Shown here: in pieces, positions 8,044 to 17,147 of the stretch
Layout of the letters: each line of letters begins with the position of its first letter
Numbering within the stretch: the stretch's first letter is position 1
Origin: a virus
Strand: one strand, 5' to 3'
Virus record (IMG/VR): IMGVR_UViG_3300018875_000004
Span: 1 to 64,000 of that record
DNA: 64,000 nt
Notes under the pieces: model-generated
What the model was told of the DNA's origin: nothing
The model's input: only the letters and a program-made list of their open reading frames with translations
Database searches by the model: none
Program-made: the position numbers and the translations under genes

Positions 8044-8322
8044 ATGAGTATGCAAAAGAAGCTGGAAAAGGCAAGACGCGAAGGTTATTTGGCTGGTCTT
8101 AAAGCCAGCGCTGCTGCCGAGGAGATCCGGAACTCATTCCTGGAAGGTATCAAAGTTGGCGCCGATGCTGCGAACCAGGTCTGGGAATCTGCGATTAAGA
8201 ATACGCCAGGTGTTGGGCCAAAAACCGTTGATAAAATCCACAATCAGGCTAAAAAAGAACATAGCGAGCGAAAAGCTGAACGTGAATCGCTTGCCGCAGA
8301 GACCTTCGTCAAGGGAGCGTAA
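8044..8322 (+). CDS. hypothetical protein with helix-hairpin-helix-like motif
   Basis: TPGVGPKTVDKI; RBS GGAGG. Confidence 0.7.
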   Translation: MSMQKKLEKARREGYLAGLKASAAAEEIRNSFLEGIKVGADAANQVWESAIKNTPGVGPKTVDKIHNQAKKEHSERKAERESLAAETFVKGA

Positions 8323-8325
8323 CCC

Positions 8326-8829
8326 ATGCCTAAAAATAAAGTATTAATAGATTCACGTAAGAAGGCGAATCTGACTATTGCTGAAGCAGCTCACCAGATC
8401 GGAATATCTTACGGAATGCTCGCCATGCTTGAAAGCGGGAGCCGGAAAGGCGGAGATGCCACAAAAACCAAGATAGCTAAATTCTACGGGAGAACTGTAG
8501 CTGAAATTTTTTTCAATGATGACAATCAAGATTTGCCAATCCAACTTGAAGACTTTATTATCTGCAAGAAGGATGGAAAAGATGCTCTTTTGAAAATTTT
8601 TATTGATGAGTATAATTCTATCGATAATGGAAATCCCACATATGGAGTCATAGACATACTTGCTTCTGAATCCACTTTCGAGGGAGTGTATACTTCGATT
8701 GAAAGACTACTGGAAGCAATTAATGATATCTATGATAAGATTGAGATTGTTAAGTCCGCAGAGCTTTTTATCGGCCGGAAGAACCTTAATTCAAGATTCG
8801 ACGGATATACACGAATAAGTGGAGGATGA
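8326..8829 (+). CDS. XRE/Cro-family HTH transcription regulator
   Basis: N-terminal LTIAEAAHQIGISYGMLAMLESG...KIAKFYG...EIFF. Confidence 0.85.
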   Translation: MPKNKVLIDSRKKANLTIAEAAHQIGISYGMLAMLESGSRKGGDATKTKIAKFYGRTVAEIFFNDDNQDLPIQLEDFIICKKDGKDALLKIFIDEYNSIDNGNPTYGVIDILASESTFEGVYTSIERLLEAINDIYDKIEIVKSAELFIGRKNLNSRFDGYTRISGG

Positions 8830-8832
8830 CTC

Positions 8833-9030
8833 ATGCGACGTTGGAGTTTCAGAAACAATGTCAGAAACGCGATACATGGCTCAGTGAGTCGATATAACCG
8901 GCAGCACAGCCAAAAGCGAAAAAAGAAACCAGTGCCACAAAATGGTATCTGGTCGTCAATCAAAATCATTTTAGGATCTATCCTGATTGCTTTCATAGCC
9001 TTTATGTACTTTTGGTATACGGGCCCTTAG
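8833..9030 (+). CDS. small basic membrane protein
   Basis: C-terminal hydrophobic helix; RBS GGAGG. Confidence 0.7.
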   Translation: MRRWSFRNNVRNAIHGSVSRYNRQHSQKRKKKPVPQNGIWSSIKIILGSILIAFIAFMYFWYTGP

Positions 9031-9208
9031 GCATTCTATTAAGATGTGTCACATGATGAATAAGCCCGCTTATTGTGCGAGCCCTCACTGAAAAGTGGGG
9101 GCTTAAACTTACCTCCAGACATATGTACAAAATCCACCTTTGGTGAACATGTCTAAATTAAAGCGTTAAAGTGGTGCAGTAAATTCAACGGTCTGGAGCT
9201 GAAAAACT

Positions 9209-9556
9209 TTGAGTCAATTAAAGAAAAAATATTACCAAACTCGCAGACAATTTCGTATCGATCTGCACGCTGCTATGAAGAACAATCCGGCGATTGCTGT
9301 CGTCGTCATTAAAACATACCGGGCCAGCTACTACATGTCGCACATCGGCAAGATCTGGTGGATGATGCGCAATCACCCTGGCTTTCGTGAAGAATACAAC
9401 AATGAGCTTTTCGGAAAGATTCTAACCGGCGAAGATGCTCTGTTTCACTCTCTCCATTTTGCTGCACCTGATATTTGGAAGAAATATTATGGAAAGATTC
9501 CTGAGTGCTTTGCTATGGGCGATGCCTTGGGTATCGCCTATCGAGTCCTAAAATAA
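9209..9556 (+). CDS. hypothetical phage protein
   Basis: TTG start after GGAG; followed by a hairpin terminator at about 9556-9587. Confidence 0.7.
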   Translation: MSQLKKKYYQTRRQFRIDLHAAMKNNPAIAVVVIKTYRASYYMSHIGKIWWMMRNHPGFREEYNNELFGKILTGEDALFHSLHFAAPDIWKKYYGKIPECFAMGDALGIAYRVLK

Positions 9557-9607
9557 AACAGAGCCGCTTCCTTAGCGGCTCTGTTTCTATTGTGCTCATA
9601 TTGTATC

Positions 9608-9790
9608 TTAATATACGTCCATCCACGGAGTCTTCTTCTTACAGCTTCTGTGCTTGGTTATAACTCCGCACTCGACATCAGTGAAACTGAATTTCTTCAC
9701 TTTCGGAACGTACTTTATTTTTGTAACATGCGTTTTGGTTATCTTCTTGAAGTACGTTTTCGGTTTTGGAATTTTGCAGCAATGCTTCAT
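9608..9790 (-). CDS. small Lys/Cys-rich protein (spore-coat-like composition)
   Basis: Strong RBS AGAGGTGA; shares the bidirectional terminator. Confidence 0.6.
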   Translation of the reverse strand: MKHCCKIPKPKTYFKKITKTHVTKIKYVPKVKKFSFTDVECGVITKHRSCKKKTPWMDVY

Positions 9791-9850
9791 GGATGATCAC
9801 CTCTTTGCAGTTTTAATCATTGTATTGCGCAACCGCGTGAGGTGATTGGA

Positions 9851-10435
9851 CTAATCCATTTTTCTCATGTAATATGGCTGATTCCTCAGCACATACCCTG
9901 AGTGAGCGATCATCGTGTACATCGTAAGCATGGAATCCGACATATCACCAATAACAGATACCGCAGTGGTTTCATCGGCATCATATGAGCTTTGGTCTTC
10001 ATACGTGTACAACGTGAATCCATATCGTTCGTCAGCTTTGATTCGATAGTACCTGTTGTAGCTTTTTTCATATTCGGTTCCCGGGCTTTGGACGATTTCT
10101 ATCACTCCATCCTCTCGGTATGTATTCCGCGAGGTGATCTTATCTGGATCTTCTGCGTTAAATATTTCCCATGTTCCATAGATGACCTCTCGATCAAAGC
10201 CGTCCGCTGAGCTGTCTACAGCTGCTACTTGCGACGGATCAGGGTCTGGTATCGATTCTGCGTCCCCTTCCTCCACTGCTTCCTGCGCGTCCACAGGCGC
10301 TTCAGGCGGCGCGTCTTCCAAAGTCGCCGTAACGGCAACAGCGTTGTCTTGTCTGCTCAGGACGACGATCGCCGTGATTGATAGGGTCACTGCAGTAATC
10401 ACAAGCATGATGGTAATCATTTTTAAAAACTTCAT
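9851..10435 (-). CDS. membrane-anchored or secreted acidic protein
   Basis: N-terminal hydrophobic segment, acidic linker, beta-rich domain starting IYGTWE; RBS AGGAGG. Confidence 0.75.
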   Translation of the reverse strand: MKFLKMITIMLVITAVTLSITAIVVLSRQDNAVAVTATLEDAPPEAPVDAQEAVEEGDAESIPDPDPSQVAAVDSSADGFDREVIYGTWEIFNAEDPDKITSRNTYREDGVIEIVQSPGTEYEKSYNRYYRIKADERYGFTLYTYEDQSSYDADETTAVSVIGDMSDSMLTMYTMIAHSGYVLRNQPYYMRKMD

Positions 10436-10602
10436 GAGGTCTCCTCCTGGGTCAAATGGTCTATCAGAAATATATCATAAGTCCCTAACCTTTGGCACAT
10501 AAACTTCGACAACTTTCAGTTGTGAGCTTTCTATAAATTGGGTATAATCTATTAAAAGGCGGGAATACTGAATCTATCATTGATAGATTGGAGGTATGCG
10601 CC

Positions 10603-10752
10603 GTGAAGAAGGAGGAAAAGAAGATGGCTATCCGCAAGGAAGACCTGATTGATACGAAGAAGAAACTCGATCGTAAGCAGCTGATTCGCTCTGTGACCAA
10701 GCAGGCGTGTCGCGAAAACGACGAAGGTCTTAGGAGGCTTTCGAAAAATTGA
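10603..10752 (+). CDS. small putative antitoxin of the Doc toxin (not in ORF track)
   Basis: 49 aa (42 aa from ATG 10624) ending ENDEGLRRLSKN; overlaps the toxin start; two GGAGG RBSs. Confidence 0.65.
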   Translation: MKKEEKKMAIRKEDLIDTKKKLDRKQLIRSVTKQACRENDEGLRRLSKN

Positions 10753-11147
10753 TTGAGCGGTTAACACCTGATGATATCAGGGACATTCATGACACTGCGC
10801 TGGAGCTTTATAACGGGCTTCCAGGCGAGAATGAGCCGGGGCTAATAGACTTTATTGCCGAAAAGCCTTTTATGGGTTTTGGCGACGAAGAATATTACCC
10901 CGGTTTATTTTTGAAGGCTGCCGTTTATATGGAAGGATTTGCTACACACCAGGTCTTCTGCGATGGTAATAAGCGAACCGGTTATTTGAGTGCGAAGGTC
11001 TTTCTTATGCTCAATGGCTACCATCTGAAGGTAACAGACGATGATCTATACAACACCACGATTGCCGTGGCCACGAAAGACATCGGTCTTCAGCAGTTGG
11101 CTGAATGGCTGGAGCAGAACTCCGTCGAAGAACCATTTGAATATTAG
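10749..11147 (+). CDS. doc: Fic/Doc (death-on-curing) family protein
   Basis: IHD..L, YPGLFLKAA, HQVFCDGNKRTG, FLMLNG motifs. Confidence 0.88.
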   Translation: MIERLTPDDIRDIHDTALELYNGLPGENEPGLIDFIAEKPFMGFGDEEYYPGLFLKAAVYMEGFATHQVFCDGNKRTGYLSAKVFLMLNGYHLKVTDDDLYNTTIAVATKDIGLQQLAEWLEQNSVEEPFEY

Positions 11148-11158
11148 GCGGTGACACA

Positions 11159-11422
11159 TTGCAAGCCTTATCCATATACTTAGCAATCGGCTCCATTCTT
11201 GGAGCCTTGTTTGTTCTATTTATTTACTACAACGCGCCACATGCGGATGAAGAATTATCTGCAGAAGAATGTAACAAGTTACAAACAACTTGGAATACGA
11301 TTTCTGCCGCTTCGGGTGGTGATCTACTTGCCTTATTCTTCTTATTCGCAATAATCGCCGTCGCGTGGCCGCTCTTTATTATTTATATCATTTATGACAC
11401 GATAACCAGTTCGAAAGGATAA
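11159..11422 (+). CDS. two-helix membrane protein
   Basis: Two hydrophobic segments. Confidence 0.65.
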   Translation: MQALSIYLAIGSILGALFVLFIYYNAPHADEELSAEECNKLQTTWNTISAASGGDLLALFFLFAIIAVAWPLFIIYIIYDTITSSKG

Positions 11423-11428
11423 TGTAAC

Positions 11429-11788
11429 ATGATACAAAATGATAAGCGTGACCTTCGGCTCCTGTATCAGCCTGGCGATCGTGTCTTCTACCGCGCCATT
11501 GCTTTAAGGCAGCCGACCGAGACGTACCGCTCAGGAACCGTCATTCGGATCACCGAGCGGCTTCTTTTCGTCAAGCCAGATCTTCCGGAGAACGAAAGAT
11601 ACCTTTCTGGAAATTCCGGCATGCTTCGCTATCCTTATATTGGTGCTATGCGTGATGTTGTTAAATATACGCCGGAGAATGCCAAGATCGTCGAGGAGCT
11701 GTCTGCGATCAATGAACTGGTGACGTCCAGTATAGAAAAAGAGCTGCTGCTGCTGAAAAAACTAAAAGGAGAGCAAATCGATGAGTGA
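11429..11788 (+). CDS. hypothetical protein
   Basis: Part of a tightly packed operon. Confidence 0.7.
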   Translation: MIQNDKRDLRLLYQPGDRVFYRAIALRQPTETYRSGTVIRITERLLFVKPDLPENERYLSGNSGMLRYPYIGAMRDVVKYTPENAKIVEELSAINELVTSSIEKELLLLKKLKGEQIDE

Positions 11789-12143
11789 TTCCAGAGATGA
11801 TGGCTTCTATGAATTATTCTGTCAGATAGAAAAAGAGAGAGATGATCTTCGAGACGGGATTCAGCGAATGAAAGAAGAATATGAGCGCATCCTTTCATCC
11901 GCACGTAATGATTTCACGGACCTTCGTTCGCAGCTGCAGGAGGCTCAGGATCTTGCCAACATGCGCTTGAAGAGTCTGGATGTAACCAATCAGTACTTGA
12001 ATGAAGCACGCGGGCAGATAAAGCTTGTTGCCTCCCATATTGCCAATCCTCGTCTGGATCCAGAGACCACCTTATCTATGTGCAGGACTCTTTTACAAAA
12101 ATGGACTACTCAACTGGAAGGCGGAAACAACAATGCAGGATAA
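11781..12143 (+). CDS. coiled-coil hypothetical protein
   Basis: RBS AAGGAG; heptad pattern. Confidence 0.7.
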   Translation: MSDSRDDGFYELFCQIEKERDDLRDGIQRMKEEYERILSSARNDFTDLRSQLQEAQDLANMRLKSLDVTNQYLNEARGQIKLVASHIANPRLDPETTLSMCRTLLQKWTTQLEGGNNNAG

Positions 12144-12948
12144 CGAAATCATCATCTTAGATGCCTGGATGCAGTTGGATCATGAAGGCAACTATATGAA
12201 TATGTATACGGATCGTAACGAAGCGATCACTAACCACCCCGATGATAATTTCATTCAAGGCTATACGCTTTCTGCCGGCTCTGATATGAACGACTTTATC
12301 GAGGACAACTTCGAGGATTTTTATCCGGAGCGCGGTGCCATGGACACGCTGCTGCGTAAGCATGATCTGATGCAGTATGTAAACGACATGACTGAGAGTC
12401 GTTGGACTCTGATTCATGTCGAGAACGGCATTCACACAGTCATGTTTCATGGGTTGCATTTGAACGCCGTCACACTGAACTTTGACGATGAATTGATGAA
12501 GATGAAATACCCTGGATGGAATAGTCCGTATGCTACAATTCGATGTCCTCATTGCCTTGCCTTATCTTCGGAGTTCAAATGGAACGTGGCCACATTGGTT
12601 GACTTCGACTCAGGCTATAATTTCACCCGTATTCAAAACATTGAAGAACACGAGCATGATACTGGATTTACTTGTCCGCAATGTTTTCGTGAATCGACAT
12701 CCAGCGAACTGAACTTCATTCCAGAAGGATATGTGCTGCTTAAATCCAACCCCGAAATTAAGATGTATCTTTCGGATGATGATGTGGTCGTCTATCTTCG
12801 TTTTGAAGGCGCGAAAGAATTGCTTAATACCAATGAGCCGTTTGCTTTTGCTATTGCCAGCGCCAAGGATATCTTCAGAGCCAACTACTTTGTCAAAAAG
12901 GAGGACTACCGTGGAGACGAATCCGGATCTGCAGCAGAAAATTCTTAA
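12133..12948 (+). CDS. hypothetical protein with Zn-finger (CPHC...CPQC)
   Basis: Start moved to ATG 12133 behind GGAAGG. Confidence 0.75.
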   Translation: MQDNEIIILDAWMQLDHEGNYMNMYTDRNEAITNHPDDNFIQGYTLSAGSDMNDFIEDNFEDFYPERGAMDTLLRKHDLMQYVNDMTESRWTLIHVENGIHTVMFHGLHLNAVTLNFDDELMKMKYPGWNSPYATIRCPHCLALSSEFKWNVATLVDFDSGYNFTRIQNIEEHEHDTGFTCPQCFRESTSSELNFIPEGYVLLKSNPEIKMYLSDDDVVVYLRFEGAKELLNTNEPFAFAIASAKDIFRANYFVKKEDYRGDESGSAAENS

Positions 12949-13189
12949 TATTATACAGCTTAATTGCGATCATGGAGCTGTCGTAAAACTGGATGAGACT
13001 ATGTACGCTTACGGTGATTCCGATACGTTCGAGATCATTATGAGCGAAGTATGGGATGATTTTGGTGTGATTCTCTATGACCGGAATTACGAAAAAGACA
13101 TTGGCGATTTGAAGGTTTCTGAATTTATTGATCGAACAATTGAACTTATAAAGGAGCATCAAGCAAATGGAAAACCCGAGAAAGCTTGA
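12911..13189 (+). CDS. acyl-carrier-protein-like protein
   Basis: GTG start after AAGGAGG; LQQKILNII...YGDSDTFEIIMSEVWDDFGV...KVSEFID follows the ACP helix pattern with the DS serine. Confidence 0.55.
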   Translation: METNPDLQQKILNIIQLNCDHGAVVKLDETMYAYGDSDTFEIIMSEVWDDFGVILYDRNYEKDIGDLKVSEFIDRTIELIKEHQANGKPEKA

Positions 13190-13427
13190 AGACGTTATCG
13201 ACCAGCTGCTGGAAGCATCGACTGACGAGAAATTCAATGAGACTCTGAAGAAGATCCGCAGCCGTATTTTCTACACCCCACCTGAAGCGATGGGATTCCG
13301 TTGGGAGGAAGTGCAAGCTGCATTAACGAAAGCTGTGCCGGTTCCGATCCCAAATGATGAGGGATACAAGCTGGTCGGCATTTTCACCAATATGACAGAC
13401 GAACAAGTCCGAAAAGCTTTCGGCTAA
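13167..13427 (+). CDS. hypothetical protein
   Basis: RBS AAGGAG. Confidence 0.7.
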   Translation: MENPRKLEDVIDQLLEASTDEKFNETLKKIRSRIFYTPPEAMGFRWEEVQAALTKAVPVPIPNDEGYKLVGIFTNMTDEQVRKAFG

Positions 13428-13439
13428 GGAGGATGAATC

Positions 13440-13916
13440 ATGCCCTACACTCCGCTTAATCCAGGTATTAAGATTCGTGTTCGTGCTGATCGTCGAGCGA
13501 AGGATCGTGCAGCTGCTGCGGTGGCTGCCGGCCAGCGCTGGGAGTTCCGGCGCGGTATGTATGGCAACACCTACGAAGTTGTCGATCATGAGAACTTCCG
13601 CTGGTACCGCCAGGATCGTCCGGTTCATAACCAGGGAGATCTATTCGAAGGAACCCTTCCCTTCTGCTGCGACTACTGCAGGCAGATCGTTGATGAAATC
13701 GATCATGTTAATTATGAGATGATCTATGAGATGAAAGTTCGCCCCAAGCTGCCGACTGCCGCATGGAGTCGATCGCTGATCCCGCTGAAGTATGCAAGAT
13801 GTGTCGCTTGTCAAAACGGACCGCTCCCCTTCCCCTCTGCCCTTGTGGGCTATCATTTAACCGAGCTTCGTCAGAATGGAGAAGTCATATTACGTCAGGA
13901 GCGAAAAGAATCATGA
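13440..13916 (+). CDS. hypothetical Zn-binding protein with QGDLF motif
   Basis: RBS AAGGAGG; CDYC...CVAC. Confidence 0.7.
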   Translation: MPYTPLNPGIKIRVRADRRAKDRAAAAVAAGQRWEFRRGMYGNTYEVVDHENFRWYRQDRPVHNQGDLFEGTLPFCCDYCRQIVDEIDHVNYEMIYEMKVRPKLPTAAWSRSLIPLKYARCVACQNGPLPFPSALVGYHLTELRQNGEVILRQERKES

Positions 13917-14155
13917 AGCAAATCGACGAATGCTTTGACCGTCACTTCGCCGGTAAAAAGCCCTTGGCCAAAAAGTGGCAGGTCCGAAGGATTGAGCACT
14001 GCCTATTCCTCTTTCACTATCACCACAAGGTCCTCGTTTATGACACTAGGGAGAAGCGTGTAGCTTTTCAGTGGTGGGAGAAACCTGCAGACAAGCGAGG
14101 TCTCGATGCAGCAAAGGAATACCTGAAGAAGCACTTTGAGTCCAGCACGGATTAA
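13913..14155 (+). CDS. hypothetical protein
   Basis: ATGA overlap with the upstream gene; RBS AGGAG. Confidence 0.65.
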   Translation: MKQIDECFDRHFAGKKPLAKKWQVRRIEHCLFLFHYHHKVLVYDTREKRVAFQWWEKPADKRGLDAAKEYLKKHFESSTD

Positions 14156-14275
14156 GTCCGTCTTCTGCCATCCGTGGTTTTTCATTTCCTGTCATGCCAA
14201 ACATCTCCTCTCGAAAGCTTGTACTCTTTTTATAACCGATTCCTCGCTTGTTGACAACCCTTTTGCCGATTCGAG

Positions 14276-14602
14276 TTATCCACAGCAGCTGCATCTTTTA
14301 TATAAGATGATGTTATATGTAATTAATAAAGAGTAATTAATAGGCTTAAAATTTTTAACCCAGGGGGTTAAATTTTTTAAGGTAGAGAGACTACCTTAAA
14401 TTTTTTAAGCTAGGGCTTATCCACAGAAATCGCTACCTTAAAAATTTTAAGCTAGTGGTTATCCACAGAATTTACTACCTTAAAAAATTTAAGGTAGACA
14501 TTTTTTTCGCTACCTTAAAAATTTTAAGGTAGTAAGTTTTCATCCCGATTTCGCTACCTTAAAAAATTTAAGGTAGACGGAAAACCTACAAATTGTGGAT
14601 AA
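14276..14602. repeat. replication origin: seven palindromic iterons, four DnaA boxes and an AT-rich segment
   Basis: CTACCTTAAAWWWTTTAAG(G/C)TAG at 14391, 14433, 14475, 14510, 14554, with degenerate copies at 14341 and 14364. TTATCCACA at 14276, 14417, 14459 and reversed at 14594. Adjacent to rep. Confidence 0.88.
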
Positions 14603-14650
14603 CTTTTTTCAAAAAAAATAAGCAGAAGGACGAATCCCTCTGCTTTTCTC

Positions 14651-15628
14651 TTACATATATGACTGCAATGTCATGATTAATACCTTTCCATTTTCGTTGC
14701 CGGTCACACGTTGATATGAATGACGTACAATTTCTGTATACCGATCCTCGATCCAAGACGAAGCCATATCGTTTGGCGCAATCACAATCAAATGTCCATC
14801 ATCTATGATCGCGAAGGTTTCCCGGAACCAAGTGTCAAACGACATTTTGCTCATGGAGTCCTTGATAATCTCCATCATGTTCTCCCAGATCTGAACTTCT
14901 TCCTGGCTGCGATTCTTCAGCAGCTCCTCCCTTTTCATTTCCATCTGGACCACTGGAGGCGCCGTAACTTTTGACTTCGGAATCTCCCTGCTGATACCTT
15001 TGCTCATGAACTTCCGCAGCTCATCGGTGTGGTCATTCTCCTCCAGAAGGATGACCTCATGCGACTCAAACAATTTCTGCATGAATCGATTGTGTGATTC
15101 CAGCAGCCAGTCCGGCAGCTCGCTGATTTGCCTTTCGCTTAGGAAGGGAATACTGGACCGGACTTTTACTCGGGTGCTGTCATTTATCCCACCCCTATTC
15201 CTGTTTTGCGACCAGAACCGCATGACGAATCCGTACTCTTCTAAGATTGTTAAGTATTTGTTGAGTGTTACCGTACTGATTCCCATCATTTCGGCCATAT
15301 GTTCGAGTGACAAGGTTGAAACATGATCATTGATGCATAAGCTCAGGTAGTTGATGTACGTAATCGTGGCTTCTGCCCCGAGGAAGTACTGCCAATACTT
15401 GAGTAAATAATTGTCGATGATCGTCTTATTCCCGGACCGATACGGAAGGGATAAACCTAGATTCTCCAGTGAAAACCCCGCAACATCTCGTTCTGTGTAG
15501 TATACCTTTTTCATCTCATCCACCCACTCCCGCACCTCCTTGCCTTTGACTTTTCGGATGCGCTCAACCTTTTGTCCGGTTCTTTCGTAGCGATAAAAAG
15601 TAATATTGCTCTTGCTGCCTGAACTCAT
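14651..15628 (-). CDS. replication initiator: central winged-HTH plus C-terminal DnaA domain-I-like region
   Basis: SLEHMAEMMGISTVTLNKYLTILEEYGFV; WENMMEII...SFDTWF...APNDMASSWIEDRY; RBS AAGGAGG. Confidence 0.82.
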   Translation of the reverse strand: MSSGSKSNITFYRYERTGQKVERIRKVKGKEVREWVDEMKKVYYTERDVAGFSLENLGLSLPYRSGNKTIIDNYLLKYWQYFLGAEATITYINYLSLCINDHVSTLSLEHMAEMMGISTVTLNKYLTILEEYGFVMRFWSQNRNRGGINDSTRVKVRSSIPFLSERQISELPDWLLESHNRFMQKLFESHEVILLEENDHTDELRKFMSKGISREIPKSKVTAPPVVQMEMKREELLKNRSQEEVQIWENMMEIIKDSMSKMSFDTWFRETFAIIDDGHLIVIAPNDMASSWIEDRYTEIVRHSYQRVTGNENGKVLIMTLQSYM

Positions 15629-15686
15629 TGCCCCAGACCTCCTTATTTCGTTGACAAGGAATGGTGAGCTCCGATATACTAGACCT

Positions 15687-15827
15687 AACCTAATAAAGCA
15701 AGACCCTTTTTTCTCTGTTTATACCAGGCCGCTTCTGATGATTCTCTCAAATTGTCAAAGATCTTTTTCGGTCTAGTATGATCGGAGTCTACCGAGCCAC
15801 CTGACCTGGGTGGCTCTTTCCTTTTTT
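15687..15827 (+). ncRNA. putative antisense counter-transcript to the rep leader
   Basis: TTGACA-N18-TATACT (15651-15680) firing away from rep; terminator GAGCCACC/GGTGGCTC plus T tract; no ORF. Confidence 0.6.
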
Positions 15828-15963
15828 AGATATTAACATATAAAGTTCGACTTTGGAATCCTAACCAAGAGTCACCATTCTACATAAAATTGAACAGCGG
15901 TTTGACAACCATTGGTTTAGTATATTATATTATACCCAACAAGTCGTTGGGAGGAAACATTTT

Positions 15964-16506
15964 ATGAATTACGTCAAGGGACTAAATGAGGTATACTATA
16001 AATCCATCATCGTAGAGATTGACCAAAAGTTTCAAGCGCTCACAAAAAAGCTCAATATGTATGCACCAGGAATGAGTCTGATACCAACACCTGTTGTTTA
16101 TGATGGAATGCAGTACCCTTACCCTTTGGCTGCAGAAGTCAGACAAGTCTATCTTTATCTGGTCGGCAAGAGTGGTTTGCCCGAGGATATTGTAGACATC
16201 CTGGAACGGATCTGTGAACTTATCTGGGACAATACCTTCCTTAACGAAAGCAGGTATTCCATTGATTGGTTAAAATGGGAACGTACTTTGATAGGCAGGT
16301 TTGTTCGATGTGCGTACATACGGTTGATGCTGGACGCTGGCGAATCGATCACAGCCAAGCAACTTTCACTCATGGTTGGGATGACACCTGCAGGCGTGGT
16401 ACGGGCGATTACCAGCGGCAGACTCCAGGCAAAGAGAGACAAAAAGGAATGGTCAATCTCAGCCAAAGATGCGATTGAATTTATCAATCTGTATCTTCGC
16501 GGCTAA
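15964..16506 (+). CDS. DNA-binding protein with C-terminal excisionase/MerR-like HTH
   Basis: ITAKQLSLMVGMTPAGVVRAITSGRLQAKR...WSIS; upstream TTGACA and GGGAGG. Confidence 0.8.
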   Translation: MNYVKGLNEVYYKSIIVEIDQKFQALTKKLNMYAPGMSLIPTPVVYDGMQYPYPLAAEVRQVYLYLVGKSGLPEDIVDILERICELIWDNTFLNESRYSIDWLKWERTLIGRFVRCAYIRLMLDAGESITAKQLSLMVGMTPAGVVRAITSGRLQAKRDKKEWSISAKDAIEFINLYLRG

Positions 16507-16548
16507 CCAAAAAAAATCTGGTTTAGGACTGATAGGGGGAAGAGAAGA

Positions 16549-16869
16549 GTGAGGGACACTGAATTTGCGGAGGAAACGCCAAGGAGGAAAAGCGGCATGA
16601 ATGACCCGGTGACGCAAATGGAGGTTGCAGACTTATCGAATGCTTCCCAAACACAAAAAGAGGCTGCCTTAGAGTTTTTGAGACATAAGACCGAGCTGCG
16701 TGATGATAGCGGAAACGTTGTGGGGAAAATCATCATGCCATATTTTGAAGGGAATATGCTGAAGGCGACGGTTAGGATTTTTAGCTCAACGATCCTAACT
16801 CGATCGATCGCAGAGGCCGCTAAAAACGTCTCTTCCGAAGTCTATGACCTGAAATACCTTCTGCAATAA
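16549..16869 (+). CDS. hypothetical protein
   Basis: Last + strand gene before a terminator. Confidence 0.65.
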   Translation: MRDTEFAEETPRRKSGMNDPVTQMEVADLSNASQTQKEAALEFLRHKTELRDDSGNVVGKIIMPYFEGNMLKATVRIFSSTILTRSIAEAAKNVSSEVYDLKYLLQ

Positions 16870-16901
16870 AAAAGAGACCTGCCATCGGGCGGGTCTTTTT
16901 T
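16868..16901. terminator. bidirectional terminator where the two arms converge
   Basis: AAAAAGAGACCTGCC-ATC-GGGCGGGTCTTTTTT. Confidence 0.8.
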
Positions 16902-16971
16902 ATGGGAACATGGGGATGTTCAAGGAGCAGGAAAAAAGGTTAGTATTTCCTATCCATATTCTACCTCATAT

Positions 16972-16985
16972 TGTAACGTGTTACA
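16972..16985. promoter_or_regulatory. operator palindrome
   Basis: TGTAACGTGTTACA. Confidence 0.7.
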
Positions 16986-17147
16986 ATAACTATTTTTCAT
17001 ATTTCACTATTCGAAAAATTCACAACAGGAAGCCAAACATCGGAAAAAACGCAATTATGCCACACCCTTCCCAGCGGCGTCAAACCTTTTTTCAGCGGGG
17101 CCAGGTATTTTACCGCCTATCGGCGGTTTCATTTAATCGATAGCATT

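Noticed and set aside
14341-14576. Regularly spaced palindromic repeats as a CRISPR array
   Set aside because: Spacers are only about 0-21 nt, contain DnaA boxes and sit beside a Rep gene; this fits an origin
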